Shown here piece by piece: positions 37,613-51,231 of a stretch of DNA of 64,000 nucleotides. The stretch spans positions 1 through 64,000 of the forward strand of contig JAUCBJ010000764.1 in NCBI GenBank assembly GCA_032718475.1. The letters run 5' to 3'. A model generated the notes under the pieces. That model did not search any database, had not been told where the DNA came from, and saw only the letters and a list, made by a program, of their open reading frames with translations. The stretch is from Nemertoderma westbladi. Lineage: Eukaryota; Animalia; Xenacoelomorpha. Position numbers and translations under genes: made by a program. Position 1 is the stretch's first letter; every line of letters begins with the position of its first letter.

Positions 37613-37961
37613 TATGACTAATACAGTGATCATTATTGTTAATATCCATCCAGTCAGTTATAGAGCTGAAATTTTGTTAAGAGTTTTCGAAAGATACTAA
37701 TCCCCTACACCCTTTTTTAATGGTCTAAGTATATAGTTATGATCATTTCTACCTGGGATATACTGGTACTTTTCACTATATATATGAATGTTAGAAATCA
37801 ATCGTGTCTTTGTTCAATAGACAAAAACTATAATGATCTAAGAGACAACAACTATAATGATCTAAGCTAAGACTCACATCTGTTTAATGATACTAATATT
37901 CAGCATTTAATAATTAGAACGTAGGAAATTATTATTGTACTGTGTTGTTTATAGTACCTAC

Positions 37962-38147
37962 CTGGACAACAGTAACGTATCTCGTAATCGCTACACTGAT
38001 GTCCATCACTCTGATCATTGTTTTTACAAACTAGACCATCAGCTGAATACATTGATAGAGTGTCTCCAGTTGTCCAGGGGTCAATATGAGTGTTAACTGT
38101 CCTTCCTTCGGAAGATGTTGGCTCCAAGCAGTGGTGTTCAAAAAACC
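37962..38147 (-). CDS. WxxW-repeat gene, exon type B
   Basis: 186 nt, AG/GT; CLEPTSSEGRT...CSDYEIRYCCP. Confidence 0.88.
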
Positions 38148-38911
38148 CTGTTAATATTTATTATTATTTTTTATGTGGGGTAAGTTACAGAATGATTAAG
38201 TTGATATTGTAACAGTAAATAAAGACATACGAAATAAAATTCCAATTAACAGAGTCACATATCAATCTGAAATAAATAGTAAAATGTTTGAAGAAAGAAC
38301 TTCGGTTGGCAGAAGAGGCCTTGTATGTATTGTATTGTATATGTATTGTATAATTTCCACAGAAGTGTAAGGGAACAACATAGATATAACAAAAATATAG
38401 ATTACTTAAATATAATAAGTACCAGTAGGTAGTGGTATGGGAATTCTGGCAAAGTAGAGGCAGACAGTTTGTGCAGATCAGTTGTCTCACTACAAGAAGG
38501 GAGGCTGGCTTAAAGCCATCAATCAGCGCTAGACAATACTAACCCAAGCCAAGAGGAGTTCTCTGGCATATCTGCAAGTGAATTGTGATGTATGTGGATG
38601 AGCCCTGAGCAGGGCATGACATGCCCTGAGTCAACACCAGTTGGCATTCGAGAGCTGATGGCCTTCTGAAGTTGGGCCTTCTTCAATTAATAGGTGAAGT
38701 CCGAGAAGATCTGTAGCTTGTGGACCTGTAGATTGTTGGTGTGGGGTCTGGGCTAATCAAAGGTAGTGTTGTTCTATATGCATTAATTAATGCAGATGCT
38801 ATCTTGTATGCCTGTACCAACTGACCAAAGTATCTCATCATTAGGGAATAATTTGACAATGCTGCAGTTGTCTCAACTTCTTGATTTTACACAAGTGCCA
38901 CAGTTTGTCAG

Positions 38912-39771
38912 GGTACTAGTAGCATGTGTATTTTTATTGTCAATTTTTATTGATTTTTTATGTTGTATTTTATGACCAATTTACAATTATATTTATATAA
39001 TATGGTTGATTGTATCAATTTTTTTGTTTGCTTCTGTTTTTTATGATAGCTAGTGGTATTTTAATGGTAGCTAGTCTTTGTTTAAACCATAGGTAATTTA
39101 GGATAAAATAGTATAAATATATATAAAAATTCATTTAATCATTGTTTTGTTACATCTTACAGAAACAAATAATGGTAAATGTATTACTATAAAAACAGTT
39201 TTATTAGTTGAATTTTTTTCACAGTGGGTAGTTTGTCCTTCATCTTCAAGAGGTCTGTAAATGGAGACTCTTCATGAAGTAATCTCCAATGATACTCTGC
39301 AAGGGGATTTTCTAGCAAGGTCGTGTTGTTCCATTCTGTTTCCTCATCATGATTAGCTTTGCGTGCTTCCAAAGACACCATATCTTTTACGAACCCAAGG
39401 TTGTGCAGTGTAGGAGCTACCATCGTGTTGGCATTGAGACTCACTTGATCTTGCGGGCAAAAGTCACAAGATTGTCCAAACTCTATTGCACTTTCCCCGT
39501 TCTTAATTTTTTCAGCAATTTAAATTATATTTAAATCTTTTGAATATCTGGCATTGAAATGGTGGTTAGAATCGGTCAGAGTTAGCCATGAGTAGTGCAC
39601 CGTTGAAAAACAGTTAAACGTTTGCTCAACTAAAACTAAAAATATGTTCTAGAATAGAGTTGTTATAGTTAAACAAGTTTTTATAACATATTTCATTGAA
39701 AAGATGTCCAAAAATTAATTTACAAATGCATAAAAAATCAATAAAAATTTGGGACACATGCTACTAGTACC
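38912..39771. mobile_element. Non-autonomous DNA transposon with GG...CC termini and 8-bp TSD
   Basis: TIR ggtactagtagcatgtgt / acacatgctactagtacc plus an extended inverted match; TSD tttgtcag at 38904-38911 and 39772-39779. Confidence 0.8.
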
Positions 39772-39914
39772 TTTGTCAGTGCATATTGACTAAAGCAGGC
39801 ATCACATAAATGATGTATAGATTAATATGCAATGTTTGTATTAGAGCAAATCAAGCATTAGGCCTAACATAATGTGTAGTATTTCTATATGGTACATACA
39901 AGTAAGTTTGGTAT

Positions 39915-40075
39915 TGGAGGTTGTGGGTTCGATCCCAACATGGGGAGGGGGAGAGGGCAGGGCAGCTTTCGTTATGGCATGAATGCATTATGGACTAGAC
40001 AGGGCGCAACTCAGCCTTGCCTTAAATGGTAGCTAAATGATTACTGGAGTTTCCTCTGGTGAGTATAGTTATGGA
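39915..40075 (+). mobile_element. tRNA-SINE copy (same family as 51964..52241)
   Basis: B box GGTTCGATCCC; body matches the reverse complement of 52060-52200. Confidence 0.7.
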
Positions 40076-40208
40076 GGGACTGCACTGTAAATGAAATTGT
40101 CAGAATATGCTGGAATACTTATACAAATAACATGCACCACAATAATGGTCTGTTTCATTAACAACATGAATATGATATTATTTAAAATTAATTATAAAAG
40201 CTACTAAC

Positions 40209-40328
40209 ATTGTTCAGCTTGTGCATTTGATGACATTAGTGAATTTAGATCCTCCCAGTCACCAGTTCCTGATGGATTATCTCTATCATACCAGTGACTC
40301 ATTAGTCCAGGACATTGCTGATTGATTT
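40209..40328 (-). CDS. WxxW-repeat gene, exon type A
   Basis: 120 nt, AG/GT; QCPGLMSHWYDRDNPSGTGDWEDL. Confidence 0.85.
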
Positions 40329-40564
40329 CTACAGAAAAGTAGTACAATAGTGCAGTGTTACATGGGATTGATCTAGGGAGATATTAAGTACAGATTACAA
40401 TTTTTGTTTTTAAATATATGCAGTTGGTGAAGTGTTGCTCTATTATTAATCTATAGCATTGACAGTGAGTTGCTATATGATTTTCCATATGTGTATAGGC
40501 GCGATATAAATATATGTTATTATTATTTATTAATAAAAAAAATATAGAATTTTATTATTATATA

Positions 40565-40720
40565 TCTGCCACCCAGGAGCCCCAATCTCACTGCTTCCTC
40601 CTACATAGGCTTGCCATCAACATCCTGGTCGGCAATGCGGCCTCCATCATGGGGACCGTGGACCCCTCTCTCACCAACAGCGAGAGACTCTACGAGGTGG
40701 TCCACGGCCCACAGTAGACC
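40565..40720 (+). mobile_element. 3' tip of a CRE-like (RLE) non-LTR element
   Basis: FLLHRLAINILVGNAASIMGT resembles the conserved QR.S.A.QRGNAA..GT C-terminus. Confidence 0.55.
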
Positions 40721-40939
40721 GATCAGCATATTGCAGAGTGCTACTAATACATGCAAGTATGTAAATACTTAATACCATATTGCATTACTATCACAGTGAA
40801 AATGAAGTTGTCTGGTAGTGTCAAAATGTTTAATCAGGAAATGATTACTTTATTCTACTGATAACAGAATAATTGTAATAACTTGTTTATTTAATACACA
40901 ATAGCTTTCATTATAAATGTTTGTCACAGTATAAAAACA

Positions 40940-41890
40940 TTCCAGGACAGCAGTATTTATTGTACTACATACCAGGACAGCAGTATCGTACTACATAGGG
41001 GCCTACCAGGACAGCAGTATCATACTACATACCAGGACAGCAGTATCGTACTACATACCAGGACAGCAGTATCGTACTACATACCAGGACAGCAGTATCA
41101 TAATATATACCAGGACAGCAGTATCGTACTACATACCAGGACAGCAGTATCATAATATATACCAGGACAACAGTATCGTACTACATACCAGGACAGCAGT
41201 ATCATACTACATAGGGGCCTACCAGGACAGCAGTATCATACTACATACCAGGACAGCAGTTTTGTACTACATACCAGGACAACAGTATCGTACTACATAC
41301 CAGGACAGCAGTATCATACTACATAGGGGCCTACCAGGACAGCAGTATCGTACTACATACCAGGACAACAGTACCGCAATACATACCAGGACAACAGTAT
41401 CATAATACTTACCAGGACAGCAGTATCGTACTACATACCAGGACAGCAGTACCGTACTACATACCAGGACAGCAGTATTGTACTACATACCAGGACAGCA
41501 GTATCGTACTACATACAAGGACAGCAGTATCGTACTACATACCAGGACAGCAGTATCGTACAACATACCAGGACAGCAGTATCGTACTACATACCAGGAC
41601 AGCAGTATCGTACAACATACCAGGACAGCAGTATCATACTACATACAAGGACAGCGGTATCGTACTACATACCAGGACAGCAGTATCGTACGACATACCA
41701 AGACAGCAGTATCATACTACATACCAGGACAGCAGTATCGTACGACATACCAGGACAGCAGTATCGTACTACATACCAGGACAGCAGTATCGTACAACAT
41801 ACCAGGACAGCAGTATTGTACAACATACCAGGACAGCAGTATCGTACTACATACCAGGACAGCAGTATCGTACAACATACCAGGACAGCA
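40940..41890. repeat. 26-bp minisatellite ACATACCAGGACAGCAGTATCGTACT
   Basis: About 35 tandem units; reverse complement equals the end of exon B plus the GTATGT donor. Confidence 0.95.
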
Positions 41891-41891
41891 G

Positions 41892-42799
41892 GCAGCGAGC
41901 AGATTGCTGAAATTAGCATGTGCCGATCTTTCCCTATTTATGGCACTTTCTTAGGCTTACTTCCTTATGCTTATCCTGGCTTATGGCCGGGATTCAGCAA
42001 TGTAATAAAATGTCTTTTTGGAATTTTTATCTTGTAGTTGCCAAGGTAACCGGGTGCAAAGTTCAAATTTCGAGCGCCTGTAATTCAAGACGACAAGGGC
42101 TTCTGTTCTTGAGATTTGGTATATGAGTAAAGGGAATAAAAGTCTATCAAAATATTTTAAATTTAAATTTTTTTTTCAATCCCGTTTCCATGGTGACGGA
42201 AATTACGATAATTTCCGAATATGACCACCAGATAGAAATTGGGTTACCATTTACGACGTATATAATTTTCAACAAACATGCCTGGTGGCTGTTGGACAGT
42301 TTAGTTTATTGGCAAATATTGAATTTTACAAATATGATTCATAATTGACGAATTATAAAATAAAATGTAGGCAATTTTAACTTATTATTTAGACTGACAA
42401 ACCGAATAAAAATTGTGTTTTATAGAATTGGTAGACAATTTTTCAAATTTTTCATTATACTTATGTCCATGCCAACGGGAATGTAAACAAATTCAAATGT
42501 AAAATATTTTCATAGTCTTTTATTTCCTTACCTACCAAATCTCAAGGAAAGAATCCATTGTCGCCTTGAAATACAGGTGCGCAAAGTTTGATAATTGCAC
42601 ATTGATGATGTACATTGATCTTGGCAACTACAAGATAAAAATTCCAGAAAGTCATTTTATTACATTTCTATGAACCCTAGTCATCATATCCACCTAACAA
42701 AAGTAGCATAAAATATGTTTCTAAGGAAATATTATGAAAAATGGTGCCATAAATAGGGAAAAGATCGGCCCACGCTAATTTCAGCAATCTGCTCGCTGC
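41892..42799. mobile_element. MITE/foldback element with ~55-bp TIRs, inserted in the minisatellite
   Basis: gcagcgagcagattgctgaaattagc...ccctatttatggcac and its inverse at 42744-42799; further internal inverted repeats. Confidence 0.85.
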
Positions 42800-42816
42800 A
42801 TGACCGGTTATTTACA

Positions 42817-42940
42817 CTACATACCAGGACAACAGTATCGTAATACATACCAGGACAGCAGTATCGTAATACATACCAGGACAGCAGTATCATACGACAT
42901 ACCAGGACAGCAGTATCGTAATACATACCAGGACAGCAGT
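42817..42940. repeat. 26-bp minisatellite abutting and overlapping the exon B donor
   Basis: About 4-5 units continuous with the exon end. Confidence 0.9.
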
Positions 42941-43114
42941 AACGAATCTCATAATCCTGACACTGATGACCATCACTCTGATCATCGTTTTTACAAACTA
43001 AACCATCAGCTGAATACATTGATAGAGTGTCTCCAGTTGCCCAGGGGTCAATATGTGTTAGTATTGTCCTCCCTTCTGAAGCAGTGGGTTCCAAGCAATT
43101 ATGTTCCTTAAACC
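42929..43114 (-). CDS. WxxW-repeat gene, exon type B
   Basis: 186 nt, AG/GT; HNCLEPTASEGRT...DYEIRYCCP. Confidence 0.88.
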
Positions 43115-43204
43115 CTAAAAAATTATTGTAGCACAATTATTGTCAAAAAGTAGTCCTTGATAAAGCAAAACTATATAAAGTAGTTTATAAAATGTAAAAA
43201 TTAT

Positions 43205-45035
43205 TAGGGATGTTGCAAATGTCATATTTTTTACATCCACGGATCCGTGGGGGGGGGGGGGGGGGGGGATAATTGTTTTTGGGGGATGAATAATTGTTTT
43301 TAGGGAATGAATAATTGATTTTGGGGGATGAATAATTGTTTTTGGTTGGGGAATGAATAATTGATTTTGGGGGATGAATAATTGTTTTTGGGGGGTGAAT
43401 AATTGTTTTTGGTGATATAGATATTCAAAATTGAGGGATGCACATTAGTGCAACAAAAAAGATATTTGGTGCTAAATATTTTTTTTGGTGTGAAATCATC
43501 TCATTTGGGCATTCTATTAGATTACTTCGGATCTTCTCCCCCCCCCCCCCCCCCCCCCCACCCCAAAAAAAAACAATCATTCATCCCTCAAAAACAATTA
43601 TTCATTCCCCCAAAATAATTATTCAAACCCTAAAAACAATTATTCAATTTCCCTAAAATAGTTACCAGAAATTAGTCAACCAAAAACAATTCTTCCAGCA
43701 CCAAATATTTTATAGAAAATTTATTTATCCATATTCATTCATTATTTATTTCCATAAATCAAACAAAATGTTTCTGTAACTGAGAGTCTGTAACAAAGAG
43801 TCTGTTCATTTTGGTAGAATATTTGATTATTTTGGGGGAATTATTCGAACTAATGTACTGATGGCGTTGTACTCAATTACCCATAATGAAGAAACAATAT
43901 GTAGAGTTTAAAACGCTCAGCTAAATAATAAATATTTTAATTAATACTTTATAAATAAAATAAAATGAATTTGTTCATTAACTTAATACAGATAGAAATT
44001 GGTGTAAAGAAGATTTTGGGGGATTATGTATTTATTTTGGGTAAAATATGTATTTATTTTGGGGGAATAAGCATTTATTTTGAGGGATTATGTATTTATT
44101 TTGGGGGTTAGTATTTATTGTGGGGGATTATGGATTATGTATTTATTTTGGGAAAATTTGTATTTATTTTAGGGGTTTTGTCATTTATTTTGGTGTGAAT
44201 AATTAGTTTTGAGGTGCATTTAATTATTTTGGAGTTGAATAATTGTTTTAGGTGTTGAAAAATTTATTTTGGTGTTTGAATATTTTATTTGGGGTGATTT
44301 TATTTTCTTCTTTATTATTTGGTGTTGAATATTTTTTTTGGGGTAACATTATTTCAATTGGTGTAAAATAATTTTTTTTCAATTTTGGTGTGACTTTAAT
44401 TGGGATCCATTTTAAAATTCTAATGTTGTATTAATATCCATTCCCAATAATTTAACAATAATATAACAAACAAAGTTATTGCTACCAGTGCTTATCCTTA
44501 ATTCATCAGGACCTAATGCATTTACTTCTAGAAATAGTTGAAGTCCCAGCGGGGTATCTCAGTCTAATAAGGAATAGTATAATGAGTGCAAACTGGAAAA
44601 AAGCCATATAGTTATAGTTCGAACGTTTCGATTTAATCAATAAACCAACTTTAGCGAGATAAAGGCAGTAAGATAAACTTCTGTCCAAGTTGTTATAGTA
44701 AGAAATAGTTTTTAGGCCAAGAAAGAAATAGTTTTGATTATTTTATATATCGACAATTTAAGATAAAAGCAAAAAAGTTTAAGATCGGCATTATTTAAAT
44801 TTTTAAATTTAAATATTTATTTTATTTATTTAATATTTATTATATTTATTTAATATTTATTTAAATTTTTAAATTATTTAAATTTAAATTTTTATAATTG
44901 AGTGGTTATTGTTGGATATGCTTAAATAATGCATGTAACATCCGTATGTCACAACTACCTGCCAGGGATGCGGATGCGAATGCGGATGCCAAAAATCATG
45001 TGGATATCCACGGATGCGGATGCGGACATTTGCCA
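43205..45035. mobile_element. Nested non-autonomous DNA element(s) with GCGGAT repeats and poly-G/poly-C inverted subrepeats
   Basis: tagggatgttgcaaatgtc...catccacggatcc against ggatgcggacatttgcc; inverted gggggatgaataattgtttt arrays at 43249-43410 and 43538-43690. Confidence 0.45.
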
Positions 45036-46346
45036 CATAATAATAATAATATTAATTATTTTTGTTGTTCGAACCTGGGATGCAACTCCCAGCAAAAGTT
45101 ATTCCCAGCAAAATCAAAGTTCTGTCTTCTGTTTTGCCTATATTATCATAGTGAAAGCCAAATTTAACATTTTTAACAATGTTACTCTGGTGAGTGAGCT
45201 CAACATAGGCCAAGACCAGGGGCGTGTGCTACCATAAACATTGTGTCTATATTATTCTACTTGAAGTGATGTATAACATTTAAGTATCTGGGGTTCTGGT
45301 CCAGCTTGCTATCAACAATAACAACAAACACCAGCTTAATTAGTTTCATTTCATTATCCTACAAAGTGCTCAAAGTCTGAGAAGTTGTTAAATACATGCG
45401 ACATCCAGCAGGTGAGAATAAGCAGTTGATGAATAATGTTTGCAAAGTGGACTGTCAATGGCTTTCATAATGTCAATGTCAAAGACACCTCTTCAAGGAC
45501 ACTGGCCTTGAAGATATGGATAATCTCGTCATGTGGGATAGAAAATCGTGGTAGCGCAATTTTGTTGAGCAGCAGAGTTCTTAATGCACACTGCATTACA
45601 GCATGTAAATGGTGGATTGCTTGGTGGATATATATATATCGCTTATACTCTACATGCATTGAAAGTATTGCATAGAAAGTGGTGCCATATTGTTGGCATC
45701 TCGTAAACCAAGGGGTATGCTTGATTTGTCATCTTGTCTATTGAAGAAAACCGCAGTTGGACCTAAGCTGAGCTCATCTATGTTATTGATAGGTACAGTG
45801 CAGAATGGAATGTCTCTGCGATCTATGTTTATAATTCTGGACAAGAATTAAATGGACTGGCGCAGTCATATGTCTCTCCCCCTCTGTACATGAACTACGT
45901 TTTGGCAATAAACAAACATATATATAGTATATACTCCATTTTTAGAAATATAACATCCATCTATGTTCTGTTCTGAGGGAGCTACAGCACTCATGGGGCA
46001 AGCCCTATTCTACAGTAATTAGCTTATGTTCACTCCCGAATGCTGTTTGTGGTTTTTCTGGTTTTTTTTCAAGGTTCTTGCAACAAGGTCTGATCAGATC
46101 ATACTTACGTAAATCACACCGGTCCAGTACATTACTGCATAAATTGGCAAACCAAATGAAATCATATTAATTCAAAATTACAGCTCTTTTTTTGCCTTTT
46201 TAGTTTTTATAGACAGTTTTGGTGATGGGCTTAAAAGTTGAATGATATATGGAAATAATGATAATTGGTGTAAATATTAGATCATAATATAGTACTGAAT
46301 TATTTTAAATAAATTTTTTAACAACATTTTTACATGTTTTACTAAC

Positions 46347-46469
46347 ATTGTTCAGCTTGTGCATTCGTAGTTATTAATGAATTAAGATTTTCCCAGTCAC
46401 CAGTAGCTGTAGGATCATCTCTATCATACCACTGACTCATTGGACCAACACACTCATCTTGTATCTCTT
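46347..46469 (-). CDS. WxxW-repeat gene, exon type A
   Basis: 123 nt, AG/GT; ECVGPMSQWYDRDDPTATGDWENL. Confidence 0.85.
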
Positions 46470-47453
46470 CTGTAAATATTTAACAGAACAATTTAAAGAA
46501 ACAATATATCAAAAAGCTACTGGCCTAAATAGAAAAATCTAATAGATAAATCATAATAAAATATATATGGTGAGCAGTTAATATCATATGTTATGGTGTT
46601 GACATTATATCTTCATTTTCTTTAACCACAACAATCAGTATACTTTTTCAGCTTTGTATCCCATCCTATGTTGTTTTTATTGGTGATCATCAGACTTGCT
46701 TTGAATCGTTGTTGCAAGTAATCTTTGTAAATCAATCGATTATATGTCTTTAGATTATGTCTTTGTATGTCTTTTTTCAGTGTAAATATATTTTTAATTG
46801 AGATCGTTCTGCTGAAGCATTCTGCACACCAGGAGAGCAGTATCATACTACATGCCAGGACAGCAGTAACATACTATACACCAGGGTTGTACTTCATACC
46901 AGGACAGCAATATCATACTACATACCAGGACAGCATTAACATACTACATACCAGGACAGCAGTATCGTACTACATACCAGGACAGCAGTATCATACTACA
47001 TACCAGGACAGCAGTATTGTACTACATACCTGGACAGCAGTATCGTACTACATACCAGGACAGCAGTATCGTACTACATACCAGGACAGCAGTATTGTAC
47101 TACATACCTGGACAGCAGTATCGTACTACATACCAGGACAGCAGTATCATAATACTTACCAGGACAGCAGTATTGTACTACATACCAGGACAGCAGTATC
47201 GTACTACATACCAGGACAGCAGAATCATACTACATACCAGGACAGCAGTATCGTGCAACATACCAGGACAACAGTATCGTACAACATAACAGGACAGCAG
47301 TAGCATGATATATACCAGGACAGCAGTATCGTACTACATACCAGGACAGCAGTATCGTACTACATACCAGGACAGCAGTATCGTAATACATACCAGGACA
47401 GCAGTATCGTACTACATACCAGGACAGCAGTATCGTACTACATACCAGGACAG

Positions 47454-48145
47454 CTAGGGACATGGTGGCATTAGTGTCTGTCAGTGGATTGAAAAATGAG
47501 ACTCCAGGAACATATTCTGGAACTGATTGCCCCAGAAATCGCTCACTGAGACCTCTAATCTCGCCAGCTGGTCTGTGGATGTGCTGTGATGATTTAACTG
47601 CTCACCCTTTAGTGGTTAGAGAACTTGCTCCACCACCATATTGTGTCATACCTCCATCAATTCATCAGTGATATCATTAGAAATCCTAGATCTTGTTGTA
47701 CCTGATGGAAGGTAATCCTCCAGTGGGGCACAACATATCATGTGTAAGATAAAATCGTTCCCACTGAGATGGTACAGACATTGGGATCCCTGAACTCACA
47801 TGTACCATGTGGATGTGGATGTCCTGGAGGTAGAGCTTGGTGTTGAGGCACATAGAGGCACCTTTCTCAGTCTTCAGTCGGTGAAGCCACAGCTGGGTAA
47901 GAGATAGCTCTCCCACCATCTCTTCTCTCTTTTCCACAGAGTGGAGCAGCACCTCTACCTTCAACCTGTCCACCAACTCATTTGGTTTTCCCTGACATGT
48001 GTCATTGTTTCCTGGAGTGGCGTTGATGGCTCACAGACCTGGAGCGAATTAGTGAACTGATATGACAAGTCAGAGGTGGGCATTGGGATGCAAATACCCC
48101 TATAACGGATTAGCAGGGATAGCAACTGGCGCTCCTCTGTACACA
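47454..48145 (-). mobile_element. Decayed CRE-like non-LTR retrotransposon fragment (CCHC/RLE region), copy 1
   Basis: CPTGGLPSIRYNKI, DITDELMEV, ARLEVSVSDFWG resemble CPTGG.PSIRHNEIRD...ARLDV...FW. Confidence 0.6.
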
Positions 48146-48930
48146 TTCCAGTACAGCAGTATCGTAATACATAACAGGACTGCAGTATCATACTACATAC
48201 CAGGACAGCAGTATTGTACTACTTTCCAGGACAGCAGTATTGTACTATATACAAACACAGCAGTATCATACTACATAGTACATACCAGGACAACAGTATC
48301 GTACTACATACCAGGACAGCAATATCATACTATATTCCAACATTCCAGGACAGCAATATACTACATACCAGGACAGCAGTATTGTACTACATTCCAGGAC
48401 AGCAGTATCATACTACATACAAGGACAGCAGTGTCATACTACATACCAGGACAGCAGTATCATACAACATACCAGGACAGCAGTATCATAATACATACCA
48501 GGACATCAGTATCATACACTACATACCAGGACAGCAGTATTGTACTACATACCAGGACAGCAGTGTCGTACAACATACCAGGACAGCAATATCATACTAT
48601 ATTCCAACATTCCAGGACAGCAATATACTACATACCAGGACAACAGTATTGTACTACATACAAGGACAGCAGTATCATACTACATACCAGGACAGCAGTA
48701 TCATACAACATACCAGGACAGCAGTATTGACTACATACCAGAGCAGCAGTATCATACTACATACCAGGACAGCAGTATCATACCCTACATACCAGGACAG
48801 CAGTATCGTACTACATACCAGGACAGCAGTATCGTACTACATACCAGGACAGCAGTATCGTAATACATACCAGGACAGCAGTATCGTACTACATACCAGG
48901 ACAACAGTATCGTACTACATACCAGGACAG

Positions 48931-49622
48931 CTAGGGCCATGGTGGCATTAGTGTCTGTCAGTGGATTGAAAAATGAGACTCCAGGAACATATTCTGGAAC
49001 TGATTGCCCCAGAAATCGCTCACTGAGACCTCTAATCTCGCCAGCTGGTCTGTGGATGTGCTGTGATGATTTAACTGCTCACCCTTTAGTGGTTAGAGAA
49101 CTTGCTCCACCACAATATTGTGTCATACCTCCATCAATTCATCAGTGATATCATTAGAAATCCTAGATCTTGTTGTACCTGATGGAAGGTAATCCTCCAG
49201 TGGGGCACAACATATCATGTGTAAGAGAAAATCGTTCCCACTGAGATGGTACAGACATTGGGATCCCTGAACTCACATGTGCCATGTGGATGTGGATGTC
49301 CTGGAGGTAGAGCTTGGTGTTGAGGCACATAGAGGCACCTTTCTCAGTCTTCAGTCCGTGAAGCCACAGCTGGGTAAGAGATAGCTCTCCCACCATATCT
49401 TCTCTCTTTTCCACAGAGTGGAGCAGCACCTCTACTTTCAACCTGTCCACCAACTCATTTGGTTTTCCCTGACATGTGTCATTGTTTCCTGGAGTGGCGC
49501 TGATGGCTCACAGACCTGGAGCGAATTAGTGAACTGATATGACAAGTCAGAGGTGGGCATTGGGATGCAAATACCCCTATAACGGATTAGCAGGGATAGC
49601 AACTGGCGCTCCTCTGTACACA
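48931..49622 (-). mobile_element. Decayed CRE-like fragment, copy 2 (1477-bp tandem duplication)
   Basis: Nearly identical to 47454..48145. Confidence 0.6.
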
Positions 49623-50842
49623 TTCCAGTACAGCAGTATCGTAATACATAACAGGACCGCAGTATCATACTACATACCAGGACAGCAGTATTGTACTACT
49701 TTCCAGGACAGCAGTTATTGTACTATATACAAACACAGCAGTATCATACTACATAGTACATACCAGGACAACAGTATCGTACTACATACCAGGACAGCAA
49801 TATCATACTATATTCCAACATTCCAGGACAGCAATATACTACATACCAGGACAGCAGTATTGTACTACATTCCAGGACAGCAGTATCATACTACATACAA
49901 GGACAGCAGTATCATACTACATACCAGGACAGCAGTATCATACAACATACCAGGACAGCAGTATCGTAATACATACCAGGACAGCAGTATCATACCCTAC
50001 ATACCAGGACAGCAGTATTGTACTACATACCAGGACAGCAGTGTCGTACAACATACCAGGACAGCAATATCATACTATATTCCAACATTCCAGGACAGCA
50101 ATATACTACATACCAGGACAACAGTATTGTACTACATACCAGGACAGCAGTATCATACTACATACAAGGACAGCAGTATCATACTACATACCAGGACAGC
50201 AGTATCATACAACATACCAGGACAGCAGTATTGACTACATACCAGGGCAGCAGTATCATACTACATACCAGGACAGCAGTATCATACCCTACATACCAGG
50301 ACAGCAGTATCATACAACATACCAGGACAGCAGTATCGTACTACATACCAGGACAGCAGTATCGTACTACATACCAGGACAGCAGTATCATACAACATAC
50401 CAGGACAGCAGTATCGTACTACATACCAGGACAGCAGTATCGTACTACATACCAGGACAGCAGTATCGTACTACATACCAGGACAGCAGTATTGTACTAC
50501 ATACCAGGACAGCAGTATCATACAACATACCAGGACAGCAGTATCGTACTACATACCAGGACAGCATTATCGTACTACATACCAGGACAGCAGTATCATA
50601 CAACATACCAGGACAGCAGTATTGACTACATACCAGGGCAGCAGTATCATGCTACATACCAGGACAGCAGTATCATACCCTACATACCAGGACAGCAGTA
50701 TCATAATATATACCAGGACTGCAGTATCGTACTACATACCAGGACAGCAGTATCGTACTACATACCAGGACAACAGTATCGTACTACATACCAGGACAGC
50801 AGTATCATACAACATACCAGGACAGCAGTATTGACTACATAC

Positions 50843-51028
50843 CAGGGCAGCAGTATCGTATCTCATAATCCTGACATTGATGCCCATCACTCTGATCATC
50901 GTTTTTACAAACTAGACCATCAGCTGAATACATAGATAGAGTGTCTCCAGTTGCCCAGGGGTCAATATGAGTTAGTATTGTCCTCCCTTCAGCAGATATT
51001 GGTTCCAAACAATTGTGTTGCATAAGCC
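50843..51028 (-). CDS. WxxW-repeat gene, exon type B
   Basis: 186 nt, AG/GT; HNCLEP...DYEIRYCCP. Confidence 0.88.
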
Positions 51029-51231
51029 CTGTAAAATAATAAAATTATTATAGATGAAGTGACTGCCTGAAGGAAACCAAGTCGAGATAAATTTTGATTT
51101 TTCAGTACAGATGTGTTGAGTTTGAGTTTTTGAACTTTGAGGTTAAAGTAGCGCTAGATTGGACGTCGGGGAATGGGGATGAGCAGTACCACATTAATGA
51201 ATAATAAATTAATTTATATGATGATCTTATA

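Larger units (their letters stand above)
46828..50860. repeat. Large 26-bp minisatellite array interrupted by two copies of a ~690-bp insert
   Basis: Units at 46828-47453, 48146-48930 and 49623-50860, running up to the exon B donor at 50842. Confidence 0.95.

Noticed and set aside
45240-45860. Small overlapping ORFs
   Set aside because: No coherent protein; includes what looks like a decayed RTE 3' remnant.
40940-50935. Long ORFs with YYIPGQQYRTTYQDSS repeats; CRISPR-like appearance
   Set aside because: These are translations of a 26-bp head-to-tail minisatellite. There are no unique spacers or cas genes, and the context is eukaryotic.
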